Source of the DNA: Lama guanicoe
Taxonomy: Eukaryota
Direction: 5' to 3'
NCBI GenBank assembly: GCA_013239625.1
Contig: MU053884.1
Coordinates: 1 to 64,000, forward strand
DNA: 64,000 nt
Positions 11,933 to 26,885 of the stretch are shown here, piece by piece (position 1 is the first letter of the stretch; each line of letters starts with the position of its first letter). The position numbers and the translations under genes were made by a program. A model generated the notes under the pieces. The model ran no database searches, was not told where the DNA came from, and was given only the letters and a program-made list of their open reading frames with translations.

Positions 11933-14010
11933 GCTGTGGGAAGTCCTGGGAATTCCACCTGGAACTCCTAGCCACTTGGGACCCAGCTGACTCCAGTTGC
12001 TCCCTGCTACCCATGGCTGACCTCTTGCCACCACTCTCTGCTCTGCCATCACCTGAGCTAGGATGAGCTGAGATAAGCACACACCCAAGAGAGCATGGTG
12101 GCTGATTTATGAGCTTACAAAACACTCGCCCTCTGACTGCCAGGGGTTGCTTAGGATGGACAAACTGAAGGCAGCACCATGTGCACCGCCCTACCCCACA
12201 ACTCACTTGAAGCACCAGGACTGCACACAGGGGAAATACTGGCCCTTTCCAACCTAAGGAGAGGGACTATGGGTGAGAAGAGGGTCTCTGTCAACTAACA
12301 GTCTCTTTACAAACCCAGTCTTAGAAACCTCTTTAAAGACACTTTTTGTATCTTCCTTGTGTTTCTGTAATCCCTCTAGATTTTGTCGTTTTAATCTATG
12401 CATCAGAAATACAGATGCTCTTGAAATCTCTATTGATTTTCAATGAAGAAAATCCTCAATTACCTTCTCTGCTAAGAAAATTACTGCACTTTATATAAAA
12501 AAAATCAGCTTCCTTTCATGAGTTTCTATCTTCAAACACCTAATTTCACAAGAATCAGTGAAGCAGGACATGAAAATAATGCTGTGCTTTATCACCTACA
12601 GGTGGGTAGGAATGAAATGAATGAGTACTGATCTCATGAGATGGGAAGGCTGGGGCTGTCTTATTCCTGCTACAGATGGAAGGGTCCATATCTGTGAGGG
12701 TGAGGAAGGACCAAGGATTAGAAACAAACATTTTCTAACCCATTTCTCTTTTTCAGAGTCACAGACAATACAGTGTGATTGTATCAAGAAAAACAAGAAC
12801 ATCAGCACTCTTCTAAAAGCACGCTACAACTTTACTACTACACACGGCCCTCTGTCACTGACATAAAGGCTGATGACAGCCAAGAAATTTGCAGGGATCT
12901 TATTCTGTGCTCATCCCTTTTTGTCTTTGGAACCTCAGGATATTTGCCTCCTCTCCCTGAGTGTCATTTTCCTCATCCTTCATATGGGAGTGTAACAGTC
13001 ATTCATTTGCTCAGTGTCTATTTGACAACAGGAGGCGGCTTATGAAAACAACAACAAAAAAAGCAAAATAGCAATTGTGATCTGTGCTGTCTTCCTCCTC
13101 CTCCCTGAACATGAACGTACAGGGTAAAATGGCATCTTTCACTAAATCCCAAATTTAAGGAGCAGTTCTGATAAGGATGTCACAGGACTGCCGGGAAATG
13201 ACCTGGTGAAAAAGAATGAGTTGCCAGAAAATCCTCAAAACCCATAAGGGTGTAAACCCTGGGAGCTACAGGCATGGGTGGGAGATCCTTATTTCCCCAT
13301 TTCACAAAGCCGAGAACTTTGCAGGGTCCATAAAAGACACAGAGAGCCCAGTACAACCACACCATGTTTTGGAGTACACTGGGGCCAAATCGCTGCTGAG
13401 CTACACTTCTTTGTGTCCCAGAGCAAGAGTCCTGGGTGGGGGTGACTGTGTTTGAGGCTGGACAAGAACTTCCTGTTCTGTCTCTTTTGCTCTCTCTCTT
13501 CCTGCAATAAAACAACTGGTAGGACTTTGGTAGGGAGCACTGCACCCACATTCTCTGGCAAACCCCACACCAGGCAGCTCTAGCTGATCTGAGAGAGGAC
13601 TTTTCAATGAAAATACATACACCAAAGTCAGGCAGAAGGCTGCCTGTGACCTTGGGAATCCAAACCAGCTTGTCCTGTTAATCAGGATATTAGACATCTA
13701 AAGAAAGTCTGCACCAGATGAAGATGATGCCTTAGACAGTGTTGGTGGTTATGTGCAGCAGTGTCTAAGGACAAGTCATGCTCTGGTAGATGGGAGCAAT
13801 TTGGTTGCTTTAAGTTTGCTACTAAATGGCTGGGACGTTTCATTGGGCCTTGAAACTCCAGGCCTCTTTATTCACAAAGGCAGACAAGTTAGGTTAGCCA
13901 GCTCAGCCTTTATTCCAACTTCCTAACCAAAATGCTGTGAGGTTGAAAATATATTTCTCAGACTTTTATGCAGCATGGGTTCCAGAAGTGCCCTTAAAAA
14001 TTCCCATCAG

Positions 14011-14250
14011 AGATTGAGATTTGCAAATATTAACTACTATATATAAAAATAGCTGAAAAAAATAGTTTCTTCTGTATAGCACAGGGAACTATATTTAATA
14101 TCTTCTAATAACCTTTAATGAAAAAGAATATGAAAAGGAATTCATACATATATATGTGTATATGAATGACTGGAACATTGTGCTGTACATCAGAAATTGA
14201 CACATTGTAACTGACTATACTTCAATTAATATATATATATATATATATAT
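14011..14250 (+). mobile_element. 5'-truncated L1 3'UTR insertion with target-site duplication
   Basis: L1 3'UTR motif ctgtatagcacagggaactatat...tatacttcaatt, (TA)n tail, TSD aat(t/g)cccatcag at 13999-14010 and 14251-14262, TT|AAAA target site. Confidence 0.9.
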
Positions 14251-15559
14251 AATGCCCATCAGCAGCATCTGAGTGTCACTGAAAACAGAAGCCCTGATGA
14301 ATGGAGGCAGAGGTGGTTGGAGGAGCTACGTTATTTTGCTGGGGTGGATTTAGCTGGCATGGCAGAGATCTAGAAGGAATGGTCACAACAGCCACTCACT
14401 GATCTGCAAATGAGTTAGGGTAACAGCTTCCTGAAATCCTCCCCGCCCCCCCGATGAGCCAGGTGTCTGGTGATTCTCTGGAAATCACTAGGCGCAGTCT
14501 GGAACTAAAAGGTAAAATTTAAAAACTGCAGTCATGCAGTGAAGAGACTGGCAGGACACGTTGGACAAAATTAGGTCAGAAACAACAAGGAAAGGGGAGG
14601 GGATAGAACCTGTGCTGAGGACCCTGACTTCAGTGGTGGATTGTCCATGTTGAGGACTGTGAGTCAGTATGAGTAGATGGATTGGTGTGGACTAAAATGG
14701 TGGCCATTGTTCAGATAAGTGTGTGATTTGGACTATATTTATTAGAGGAGGGTTTTTTTCCCCTTCAAAATTGATCATTTCTAGGGAGCAGAAAAATACT
14801 CTGCCACACAATATCTAAGAGCAAAAGAGATGCTACGGGATGATGGTGGTATGAAAAATTTCATTTCTGCACATCCAAGGTTTCCTTAATGAGGTTCACA
14901 GCAGTAGGTACATAAAATAATGACATCATCATATGTACATATCCTTAAAGATACACATATGGTGCTATAAGTGGGCCTGAATTGTGGTCTGCATTCTAAA
15001 ATCAGATGAAATAAAACCAGTAGCTCAATATGCCTGTCGGCTCTATAAACATGATGTAGTTAATGGTCACAGAAAGCAAGATCAGCTTGGAAATTTGATA
15101 TTTGTCTTTTCCAGTGTCAAAGCTAATACTTTTTGCTTTACTTAAAAAGCATTTTTTTAATTAGGGCTGTCAGCATCCATTGGTATACGGGGTTCAGTAG
15201 ATGTGTTCAGATGTTCTAGACAGTGAATCAGAGCAAAGACTGAGGTTTAGACAGTAGTTAAATGTCTCACCCGTATGATCAGCACCCACATACTGCTATA
15301 CTGAAAATCCTTAAAAGTGAGAACTTCATTAAAGCAATGAAAAGAGAGGGAAAAAGAATAGCCACAGACTAGTGGAAGTTTTGTAAAGTGTAAAAATGAC
15401 AAAGGGCTATTCATGAGCACATTTTTAAAAACTCCTACACTTTAATAAGAAAAACAACAAACTGACAACAGGTTGCACACTGCTCCTTGTAGGAGAAACC
15501 ATGCAGATGGACTCTTATGTGAATGGGGCTGGAGCTGTAGAATTAGTTAGTCTTGCAAG

Positions 15560-18500
15560 TAACTCAGTTAAAAACAAATGCAAATGGGATACACTTCTAG
15601 AATATCTGAGTAAAAGTCTTGGAAAACTTACTCCTCTATGAAGCAATGACAATGGCAAAATTTGCCAAAGTTAACTTCTGCAGAACTCTGGAAATTAAAC
15701 AAAGGCTTCCAGCAATCCGGGGAGTGTTTATTTGAGAAAAACAAAAAAACAGCTAAATCTCCATAAAGATAGTGAGTTTTGTGGCATTTTAACTTGATCT
15801 ACCCCCATCCCCATATCCTCACCTAAATGGTGGCCTTTTAAAGCAACAGTCTCACAATCAAGGTAGGGGCAGAAGTGATTTGAAGTTACCCAAATAATCC
15901 GTCCCCAGAGAACTGTCACTATTTGACCTATCTCAAACTCATGCTGTGCAAACAGCCTGTCCCCAGAGTGTTTGTGGAAAACAATCAGCAGTGAGTATTT
16001 AACATTACAACTGCCTGAGGCAGTGGGACCAGTAGAGGCTAACTAGATGCTGACTAGGAAACTTAGAAGGAAAAATTGAGTAATGAGATATTCTAGGGGT
16101 GAAGGTAGGGTTAAAAATTCTGAGAATTGAAGAAGGCCGTACACATGTTTGGCACATGGCAAGGAAAGATCTGAGAAAATCTTAAGCCTTCAACACTGGC
16201 TGAACTTGAGGTTCTGCATAAGCAAGAACTAAAGGCTACAGAAGAGCTGCAGACTGCCGGCCAGTGCTGAGGGCATCCCTCAGCAAGCAGACACACAGCC
16301 ACCTGGCAACAGCTCAAATGATTGGCTCCAGTCATTGAAAAAATTCACTGTCCTATCATTATTACAGTGATAACAACTAGGCTTTCTGCACACATACTGA
16401 TCTCATGGCCATGCATGAAAAAGAGTACAGACTTTAAAGAATTTGTTCAGGAAAGTAACTAAATAAATAGCTGCAGCAGCAATGACAATGGAAACAACAA
16501 TAAACCCTGGAGATGAGGAAAGTCTGGCTTTCAGGTCTGCCACATTGTAATATTTTAAATGTCCAGTTTTCAACAGAAAATTACAAGACGTACAAAGAAA
16601 CAGAAAAGTTTGGCCATAACACAGGGGAAAAAGTAGTCAATAGAAACTCCCTGAGGAAGCCCAGACACTGGACTTACTAGACAAAGACATAAATAAGCAA
16701 TTACACATATGTTCAAATAACTAACAGAAACCATACCTAAAGAATTAAATTATGTGAACATCTGATTGTACAGAGAATATAAATAGATAAAATTTATAAT
16801 AAAAACCATCTAGAAATTCTAGAGAAACAAATATAATGACTAAAATGGAAAATTCAATAAGGTTTCTCTGTAGATATGTACTTGTTGAAGAAAATGTCAG
16901 TTAACTTAAAACTACTGAGATTATCCAGTCTGTGGAACAGAAAGAAAAAGGAATGAAGAAAAAATGAACACTGTGTCAGAGATAGGTGGGACACCATTAA
17001 CAATACCAATACACACATAATGGGAGCACCAGAAGGAAGGAGAGAAAAAAAAGGGGTAGAAAGAATATATAAATAAATAATGGCTGAAAACTCCCCAAAT
17101 TTTATGAAAACATTAATTTGTACATCCCAGCAGCTCAGCAAACTCCACGTGGTATAAACCTAGACACATCTAAAATAGGCATATCAGGCTCAGTGTTTCA
17201 AAAGACAAGAACAAAGAATCTTGACAGCAGAAAGAGAAAAGTGGCTCAATATATACAAAGGCTCCTAAGTAAGACAGTTGATTTCTCATCAAAAACCATG
17301 GAGACCAGAAGGCAGTGGGATGGTATTGTCAAAGTGATAAAAGGAAAAGAGTATCACCAAGTATTTTATAGCCAGCAAAATGATTCTTCAAAAAAATTAA
17401 AGGAGAAGATAAGACACTTCTACAGGAACAAAATCTGAAAGAATCCATTGCTAGCAGGCCTGCCCTTCAAGAAATACTAAGGATAGTCCAGCAGGTGTAA
17501 ATGAAAGGACGCTCACCTGAAAAATACAGAGCACTAGTAGAGGTAACTACATGAGTAAAAATTAAAACAGTATAAATAGAGTATTATATGTAAGTGTTTT
17601 CTTCTATTTGATGTAAAAGACAACTGCATAAAACAATAATTATGAAACTGTGTAGATGCGCTTATAAATGCATAAAGGTGTAATTTGTATGACAGTGACA
17701 GCATGAGGAGGGGGAGGGAAAAGATTGATACCAAAAAAGCAAAGTTGTACCATTGAAATTAAGTTGGCATTCATGTGAACTAGATTGCTTTAAAACAAGA
17801 TGTTAATTATAATCTCCAGGGCAATGGAGGAGAAGGAGGAGGAGGAAGAGGAGGAGGAGAAGAAAAAGATAAAATAAACAACAAATTAAAGTGGCACACT
17901 TGAAAATGCCTACTTTGTACAAAAAAGTGTAGTAATAGAGGAATGGGAAAAAAAGACAGATAGAAAGCAGATAGTAGATGTAACTTCCACCTGATAAGTA
18001 ATTACATTAATGCAAATGAATTAAACATTCTAATCAAAATACTAAAGTCAGAAATAAATGGAATAGAGGATAGATGAACAACAGAGAGTAATCAACAAAA
18101 AGAAAAGTTAGTTCTTTGAAAAGATCAACACAATTTACAAATTTTTAGCTAGTACTGAAGAAAAAAAGAGAGAAGATTCAAATTACTAAAATGAGAAATG
18201 AGAGGAAGGATATCACTACTGCCCTTACAAAAATAACAAGGAATATAAGGGAATACCATGAATAATTATATAGCCAATAAATGAGATAATCTAGATGAAA
18301 AGGATAAATTCATAGAAGGACATAAACAACTGAAGCTAATTCAAGGAGAAATAGAAAACTCAAATAATCCTACAATAAGCGGTGACTGAAATAATAATCC
18401 AAAACATTTCCACAAGGAAATGCTTGGCCCGTATGGATTTCTGGTGAATTCCATCAACTACTTAAAGAAAAAACAAAAACAAAAACAAAAACAAACAAAA

Positions 18501-20910
18501 ACAAAAACAAACAAAAATACTTCACAAACTCTTCTAAAAATAAGGAGGTGGGCACACTTCCCAATTCATTTAATGAGACTAGTATCACACTGATACCAAA
18601 ACCAGACAAAGGCATCACAAGAAAGCTAAAGACTACCTCTTATGAGTATAAATGCAAAAGTCCTCAACAGAATACATTCAAATTCAATCCTCTAACATAT
18701 AAAATTGACCACAATTAAGTGGGATGTATCCAGGTATGCAAAGGCAGTTCAACATGCAAAAGTCAATACATGTAATCCTCCATATTAATAGAATAATGGA
18801 TATAAACCTGGAATAGAAGTTCCTAAACTTGACAGGGAACATCTATGGAAAACCTGGAACAAAGATCATACATAATGGTGGAAGACTGAATTATTTTCTC
18901 CCAAAGTCAACATTGTACCATAGGTTCTAGTCAAAGCAACCAGACAAAGAACATAAAGCCTCTAGATTAGAAAGAAAGAAATAAAGCTATTTCAATTCCA
19001 CATGACATGATTATTATATATTGAAATCACAAGGAATCCACAAAGAAAAAATAAAAAGAGGGAAAAGGAAAAAAAAAACCTATTAGAATTAATAACCCAG
19101 TCTGACCAAAATTGTAAGATACAAATCAATATATAAAAAAGTAATTATATTTCTATACAATAGCAGTGAATAATCTAAAAATAAAATGAAGGAAACATTT
19201 TCATTTACAATAGGATCAAAAAGAATAAAATACTTAGGAATATTAAGAAAAATATGTGGAATACTGAGAAAAATATCAGAAACTTGTATATTGAAAACTA
19301 AAATACTACTGGTAGAATTTAAAGTGACCTAAAATAAATGGGAAGCTCTTCTGTGTTCATGGATCAGAAGCCTTATTATTGTTAGGATGGCCATTGTCCT
19401 CAAAATGATCTATAGATTCAGTGCAACTGTGGCTTTTTGGCAGAAATGAACAAGCTGATCCTAAAACTAATATGGAAATGCAAGATACCCAGAATAGTCA
19501 AAACAATCTTGAAAAAGAACAAAGTTTTGAAGTTTCCAAATTCAAAACTCACTAACAAAACTGTAATCCATACAGTGTGGTACTTGAATAATGGACAGAC
19601 AGATTGAGAGAAAAGAACTGAGAGTCCATAAACAAACTCTGACACGTAGCCAGTTAATTTTTGACAAATGTGCCATGACAATCCAATGGGGAAAAAATAA
19701 TCTTTACAAAAATGATGCTGGGACACCTGAACATACACCTGGAATGAAAGAAAATGGAACTTTTAACACCATTTATGAAAATTAACTCAAAATAAATCAC
19801 AGACCTGAAACTAAAAAACTTTTAGAAAATGAACAATGAGAAAATCTTCAGGACTTTGGATTACAAATACTTCTAAGATATGAGACCAGAAGCACAAACA
19901 ACAAAAGAAAAAAAATCAAGTAAACTGGACTTCAATAAAATTAAAAACTTCATTGCTTCAAAGGACTTCGTCAAGAAAATAAGAAGACAATCCACAGAAT
20001 GGGTGAAAATATTTCCAATTTTTTCCCTGATAAGGGACTTTTATCCAGAATAGACAAAGAAGACTTAAAACGTGACAATACAAAGACAAATACAATTAAA
20101 ATGGGCAAAGAATTTGAATAGATGTTTCTCCAAAGAAGGCATATGAATGGGATATAAGCACATAAAAAGATGTTCAACATCAGTAGGCATTAGGGAAACA
20201 GAAATAAAAAGCACAATGACATGCCACTTCACATCAACTAGGATGACAAATATATATGATATATGATATATAAATATTTATCTATAAACCCGGTAATAAA
20301 AAGTGTTGATGATGATGTGGAGAAACTGGACTCCTCATACATTACTACAGGAAATATAAAATGGTGCAGTCACTTTAAAAACTACTTTAACAATTCCTCA
20401 AAATTTTAAAAGCAGAATACATCCCAGCAATTCCATTTTTTATATCCTCAAGAGAACTGAAAATATGTGTTCACACAAAAACTTGTCCATGAGCATTTAC
20501 AGCAGAATTATTCATCATCAACTGATGGATGGATAAGCAATGTGGTGTTTTTATAACAATGGCATATTATTTGAACACAAAAACGAATTTGGGTACTGAT
20601 ATAACCTACACCATTGATGAGCCTTGACAATGTCACACTAAATGAAAGACAACAATCAAAAAAGCCAGCATACTGTATGGTTCTACTTATATGAAATGCC
20701 CAGAACACGTAAATCCGTAGAGGCAGAAAGTAGAGTGGTGGCTGCTGGGGGCTAAGGGAAAGGAATTTTAGGGAGTGACTTACTAAAGGGTACTGGTTCC
20801 TTTTGGGGATGATGGCTACACAAACCTGAAATGTACTTAAAACCCTAATGCACACTTTCAAAGGCTTCATTTTATGATATGTGAATTATATCTCCATAAA
20901 GCTGTTATTC
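15560..20910 (+). mobile_element. Old L1M (L1MB/MC-like) with decayed 5' region, ORF1, partial ORF2 and 3'UTR
   Basis: ORF1 remnant (DFSSKTMETRRQWDGIVKVIK), ORF2 remnants (QLIFDKCAMTIQWGK), 3' end gtgaattatatctccataaagctgtt. Confidence 0.85.
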
Positions 20911-20916
20911 TTGAAG

Positions 20917-23900
20917 CTAAGCCCACCTATGGAGCAACTGGCACAGCACTGACTGCGGAATCTGGATGGGGAGTGACCCACCCGCCCACTGCGAAGGAGA
21001 GCAACACCTGACCCAGTGTTGGAGGGGCACGATCTTCTTGCCGAAAGACACTGTGAGCAGCACAGATGAGGGGGCCAAGAGAGCAAGTTGAGTTTGTGAA
21101 ACAGGGCGAAGACACAAAGACCTCTCAAGAAAACCATTAACAGTACACAGTCTCTAGGAGAACACATCTTTGTTTTTTAAATCTTTTTATATCTGTTTTG
21201 TTTTCTATTACCTTTTCAATCTTTATTTTTAAACAGTTCTATATGTTTATAGTTCTCATTTCATTTTTAATTCTCTTGGTTTTGATCTGTTATTGATTAT
21301 TCACAGGTTTCAAGTATTGTGTTTTGATTTTTTCTTCTTTTTATTATGGTTTTTAGAAGACATCTCAACTCGATTCCTAATCTGCTTCAACTTGCTCTTC
21401 TATTATTGACTGTACACTGTTTTCAAACCTTCTTTTCCTCCATTCTTTTAAAATTCTCTCTCTCTCTCTCATTTTTAAGTTTTATTCCAGCATAGGCTTT
21501 AGATAGATAAATAAATAAACTCCTTTAAGGACCACAATAGATAACTGATACTCCTTAAGCCACAGTGCCAGAGAGACATGAGCAGTATGAAGAAGCAGAG
21601 GCAGTACTCCCAATTAAAAGAGCAAGAGAAATCCCCTGAAAGAACGATCAATGAAATAGACATTGATGGCCTACTAGATCAAGATTTCAAAAAAAGAAGT
21701 TATCAAATTACTGAAGGAACTAAAAGAGATAGTGTTTAGAGACATAAAAAATGTCAAAAACAAAATACAAGCTATAAAGAAGAGTCAAGTAGAATTGGTA
21801 AATTCATTGGCTGAAATGAGAGCTGACCTAAAGGCTGTACAAAGCAGGCTAGATAATGCAGAGGAATGAATAAGTGACCTAGAGGACAGGACAACAGAGA
21901 GCACCCAATCAGAACAGCTGAGAGAAAAACAAATAAAAAACAATGAAAACAATTTAAGGAACCTATGGGATAATATAAAGCATGTCAACCTATGTACAAT
22001 AGGGGTTCCAGAAGGGGAAGAAAGAACAAAGGGGATGGAAAAGGTATTTAAAGAAATCATGACTGAAAACTTCCCAAACCTAAAGGAGGAATCAGACACC
22101 CAAGTACAGGAGGCTCAGAGGTTCCCAAACCGGAAGAGCCCAAAAAGACCCACACCAAGACATATCATAATCAAGATGGCCAGATTGAAGGATAAAGAAA
22201 TGATCCTAAAGGCAGCAAAAGAAAAACAAAGAGTGATTTACAAGAGAAGGCTCTCAGCTGATTTCTCTACAGAATCACTACAGGCCAGAAGGGAGTGGCA
22301 AGATATATTCAAAGTCTTGAATGAAAGAAAAGATGCAGCCTAGGATACTTTCTCCAGCAAGGCTATTCTTTAGAATAGAAGGAGAGATAAAGAATTTCAG
22401 ATAGAAGCAAAAACTAAAAGAATTTAGCAACACTAAACCCAAGCTAAAAGAAATATTGAAAGGTCTGTTCTAAATAGAAAAGAAGCGCGATGCTACAGAA
22501 ATGAGAACTCATAAGTGGAAAGGTGATAACTACCATGAATTACAAATAGAATAAACATGAAATTGTAAAAGAAGACATCTAAATCATTGAGTGGGAGAGG
22601 GAAGTAAGAAAATGTAGAGTATTATTTTCTTTCTTCTTTTTGTTTAAATTTTTTGTTCTCGGTAGGATGGGTTTGAGATTACATTTCTATCTGTTTAGTA
22701 CACATAGTTATAGTAATTGGTTAACAGACTTACAAAAAAGTGTAACTACAAGCCAAAACTTGCAAGTGAGTCACAAAATCTAAATACAATCCAAGATAAT
22801 ACAAAGGAAAATTACCATACCACAAAAGGAAGGAGAAAGGAACAAAGAAGAAATAGCAAATCAACTGCAAAAATAAGTTCAAAATAGCAATAAACACTCA
22901 TCTATCATTAATTACTGTAAATGTTAATGGACTAAATGCTCCAGTCAAAAGACAGAGTGGCAGACTGGATAATAAAGCAAGAATCTTCAATACACTGCAT
23001 ACAAGAGACACACTTTAGGGAGAAGGACACACATAGATTGAGAGTGAATGGACGGAAAAGTTTATTCCAAACAAATGGAAATGCCAATAAAGCAGGTGTA
23101 CCAGTACTGATTTCAGACAAAATAGACTTGAAAACAAGGGCCATAAAGAAAGATAAATAAAGACATTTTATAATGATTAAAGGAGCAATACAAGATGAGG
23201 ATATTACAATCATTATTATATATGCACCCAACATGAGCACCTAAGTACATTAAACAAATACTAACAGAGATAAAGGGGGAAATTGATGGGAATACAATCA
23301 TTGCCAGAAATTTTAACACCACATTAACATCAGTAGAGAGATCTTCCAGACAGAAAATAAAGAAGGCAACAGAGAAATTAAATGATACAATAGAAAAATT
23401 AGATTTAGTGGATATTTTCAGAGCATTACAACCCCCAAAATAGGATATACATTCTTTTCAAGTGTGCATGGAACATTTTCTAAGATTGATCATGAACTTG
23501 GTCACAAAAGAAGCTTCAACAATTTTAAGAAGATAGAAATTATCTCAAGCATCTTTACTGACCACAATGCCATTGAAACTAGAAATCAACTACAGAGAAA
23601 CAAAGGAGAAAAAAAAGGAAAGCATAGAGATTAAACAACATGCTATTAAAAAACAAATGGGTCAATGATAAAATCAAAGTTGAAATTAAAGAACACCTTG
23701 AGATAAAGGAAAATGAAAACACAACCACAAAAAACTTATGGGACGAAGCAAAAGCAGTGCTAAGAGGAAAGTTTAGGGCAATATAGGCTTTCCTCAAAAA
23801 AGAAGAACAATATCAAATAAACAACCTAACCCACCGACTAAAAGAACTAGAAACAGAAGAGCAAAAACTCCCAAAAGTCAGCAGAAGGAAGGAAATAATA

Positions 23901-26514
23901 AAGATCAGGGAGGAAATAAATAAAATAGAGACTAAAAACAATAAAGAAAATAATCAATCAAACCAAAAGCTAGATTTTTCGAAGAATAAATAAAATCGAC
24001 AAACCTCTGGCAAAACTCACAAAGAAGAAAAATGAGAGAGCATAAATTTGCAAAATAAGAAAGGAAAATGGAGAAATTACAACAAATAACAGAGAAATAC
24101 AGAATATCATATGAGGATATCATGAAAAACTACATGGGAAAAAAATGGATAACCTAGAAGAGGTGGACAAGTTTCTGGAAACATACAGTCCACTAAGACT
24201 GAATCAAGAAGAAACTGACCACTTGAACAAACCAATCACTAGGATTGAAATCAAATTAACAAGAAAAAAAACCTCCCTAGAAATAAAAGTCCAGGATTGG
24301 ACAACTTCACCAGGGAATTCTGTCAAACATACAAAGAAGAACTCATATCAGTCCTTCTCAAACTCTTCCAGAAGACTGAAAAGAAGGAATATTCCCAAAC
24401 TCATTCTATGAAGCCACCATCACCCTGATACCAAAACCAGCCAAAGACACCAACAAAAAAGAGAATTACAGACCAATATCACTGATGAACACAGATGCAA
24501 AAAGTCCTTACCAAAATACTAGCACATAGAATCTAACAACATATAGAAAAGATTATACATCATGCTCAAGTGGGGTTCACCTCAGGGACACAAGGGTGGT
24601 TCAACATATGCAAATCAATCAATGCAATACTTCACATCAACAAGAGAAAGGACAAAAACCACATGATCATCTCAATAGATGCAGAAAAGCTTTTGATAAA
24701 ACTCAACACCAATTTATGATAAAAATTCTCACCCAAGTGGGTATTGAGGGAACATATCTCAACATCATAAAAGCTATATATGACAAACCTACAGCCAGCA
24801 TAGCACTCAACGGTGAAAAACTCAAAAGATTCCAACTAAAATCTGGGACAAGACAAGGATGCCCACTATCACCACTCCTATTTAACATAGTCTTGGAAGT
24901 CCTGGCCACAACAATCAGTCAAGTAAGAGAAGTAAAACGGATCTAAATTGGAAAAGAAGAGGTAAAAGTGTCACTATATGCAGATGACATGATACTATAT
25001 ATAGAAAACCCTAAAAGGTCCACACAAAAACTACTAAAGCTGATCAAAGAATTTAGCAAAGTAGCAGGTTACAAGATTGATGTTCAAAAATCAGTTGCAT
25101 ATCTTTACACTAATGATGAATCAACAGAAAAAGAAAGTAAAGAAACAATCCCCTTTAAAATAGCACCCAAAGGAATAAAATATCTAGGAATAAATCTAAC
25201 CACAGAGGTGAGAGAATTATACACAGAAAACTATAAACCATTGGTGAAGGAAATTAAAGAAGATTTTAAGAAATGGAAAGGTATCCCATGCTCTTGGATT
25301 GCAAGAATCAATATTGTTAAAATGGTCACACTGCCCAAGGCAATCTACAGATTTAATGCAATCCCTATCAAATTACCCCAGACATATTTCATAGAACTAG
25401 AACAAATCACAATAAAATGTTTATAGAACCATCAAAGACATAGAATTTCCAGGGCATTACTGAAGAAAAAAAGAAAGAGCCTTCAGAAAATACTATAGAG
25501 TTACAGTCATCAAGACAGCATGGTATTGGTACAAAAACAGAGATATAGACCAATGGAACAGACTAGAGAGCTCAGAAATGAACCCACAAACTTTTGGTCA
25601 ACTAATCTTCGACAAAGGAGGCAAGAAAATACAATGGCATAAAGACAGTCTCTTCAGCAAGATAAACATAAGACAAGATACAATAAACCTCCTAGAAGAA
25701 AATACAGGCAAAATATGTGATATACATCTCAGAAATGTTCCCCTAGGGCAGTCTACACAAGCAATAAAAATAAAAGCAAGAATAAACAAATGGGACCTAA
25801 CGAACTTACAAGCTTCTGCACAGAAAAATACACCCAAAGTAAAACAAAAAGACAACCTATGGAATGGGAGAACATTTTTGCAAATGAAACTGACAAAGGC
25901 TTAATCTCCAGAATATATAAGCAGCTTATATGACTTAATAAGAAACAACCAAATAACACAATCCCAAAATGGGCAGAAGACCTAAACAAGCAATTCTCCA
26001 AGGAAGACATACAAATGATCAATGGGCACATGAAAAAATGCTCAATATCACTAATTATCAGAGAAATGCAAATCAAAACTACAATGAGGTGTCACCTCAA
26101 ACCAGTCAGAATGGCCATCATACAAAAATTCACAAGTGACAAATGCTGAAGAGGATGTGGAGAAAGGGGAACCTCCTACTCTTCTGGTGGGAATGCAGTT
26201 GGGTGCAGCCACTGTGGAAAACAGTATTGAGTTTCCTCAAAGGACTAGGAATAGACTTGCCATATGACCCAGGAATCCCGCTACTGGGCATATATCCTGA
26301 AGGAACCGTACTTCAGTATGACACCTGCACCCCAATGTTCATAGCAGCACTATTTACAATAGCCAAGACATGGAGACAGCCTAAATGTCCACCAACAGAT
26401 GACTGGCTAAGGAAGTCATATATTAATACAATGGAATACTACTTGGCCATAAATACTGACAATATAAGGCCATTTGCAGCAACATGGATGTTCCTGGAGA
26501 ATGTCATTCTAAGT
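20917..26514 (+). mobile_element. Younger camelid L1, near full length but disrupted and 3'-truncated
   Basis: ORF1 from about 21578 (ATG) to 22473 (ENFPNLKEE..., ADFSTESLQARREWQDIF). ORF2 EN/RT pieces ([38 protein letters not shown]). Stops, frameshifts and small internal deletions. Ends at ...gtcattctaagt with no 3'UTR or poly(A). Confidence 0.95.
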
Positions 26515-26547
26515 TAAGCATGGCAGCAAGGAATAAAGAGAAGTTAC

Positions 26548-26682
26548 CTCCAGGTACAGTTATTTTGATTAAAATATCCATACAGAAAGCAAGTCACCTG
26601 CACGAGTGCTGCCAGGAGGATCATCTGAGTGTAATAGCCCAGCCAAGCAAAGTATATTTCAACTGTCTCTCCATAGAATTTC
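26548..26682 (-). pseudogene. ANO6: ANO6 exon 8 homologue (135 nt, frame open; first transmembrane helix)
   Basis: ctttctgtag|G AAA TTC TAT GGA...ACC TGG AG|gtaact = KFYGETVEIYFAWLGYYTQMILLAALVQVTCFLYGYFNQNNCTW. Confidence 0.95.
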
Positions 26683-26754
26683 CTACAGAAAGACAGAAGG
26701 TAGTTTCAGAAGACACACTATCACTCTGTAGCTTCATCCTCAAGTTAATTTCTT

Positions 26755-26885
26755 TCTTCTTTGCTTTTTGGGGGGCATAATTAGGTTTACTTATTTGTTT
26801 TTTAAATGGAGGCATTGGGGATTGAACCCAGGACCTCATGCATGCTAGGCATGCACTCTACCACTAAGCTATACCCTCCTCCCAC
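26755..26885 (-). mobile_element. Vic-1-like SINE
   Basis: ggaggcattggggattgaacccaggacctcatgcatgctaggcatgcactctaccactaagctataccctcc. Confidence 0.9.

Noticed and set aside
21578..26514. Retrotransposition-competent L1
   Set aside because: ORF1 and ORF2 are broken by stops, frameshifts and deletions; the ORF2 start reads ATA; the 3' end is missing.
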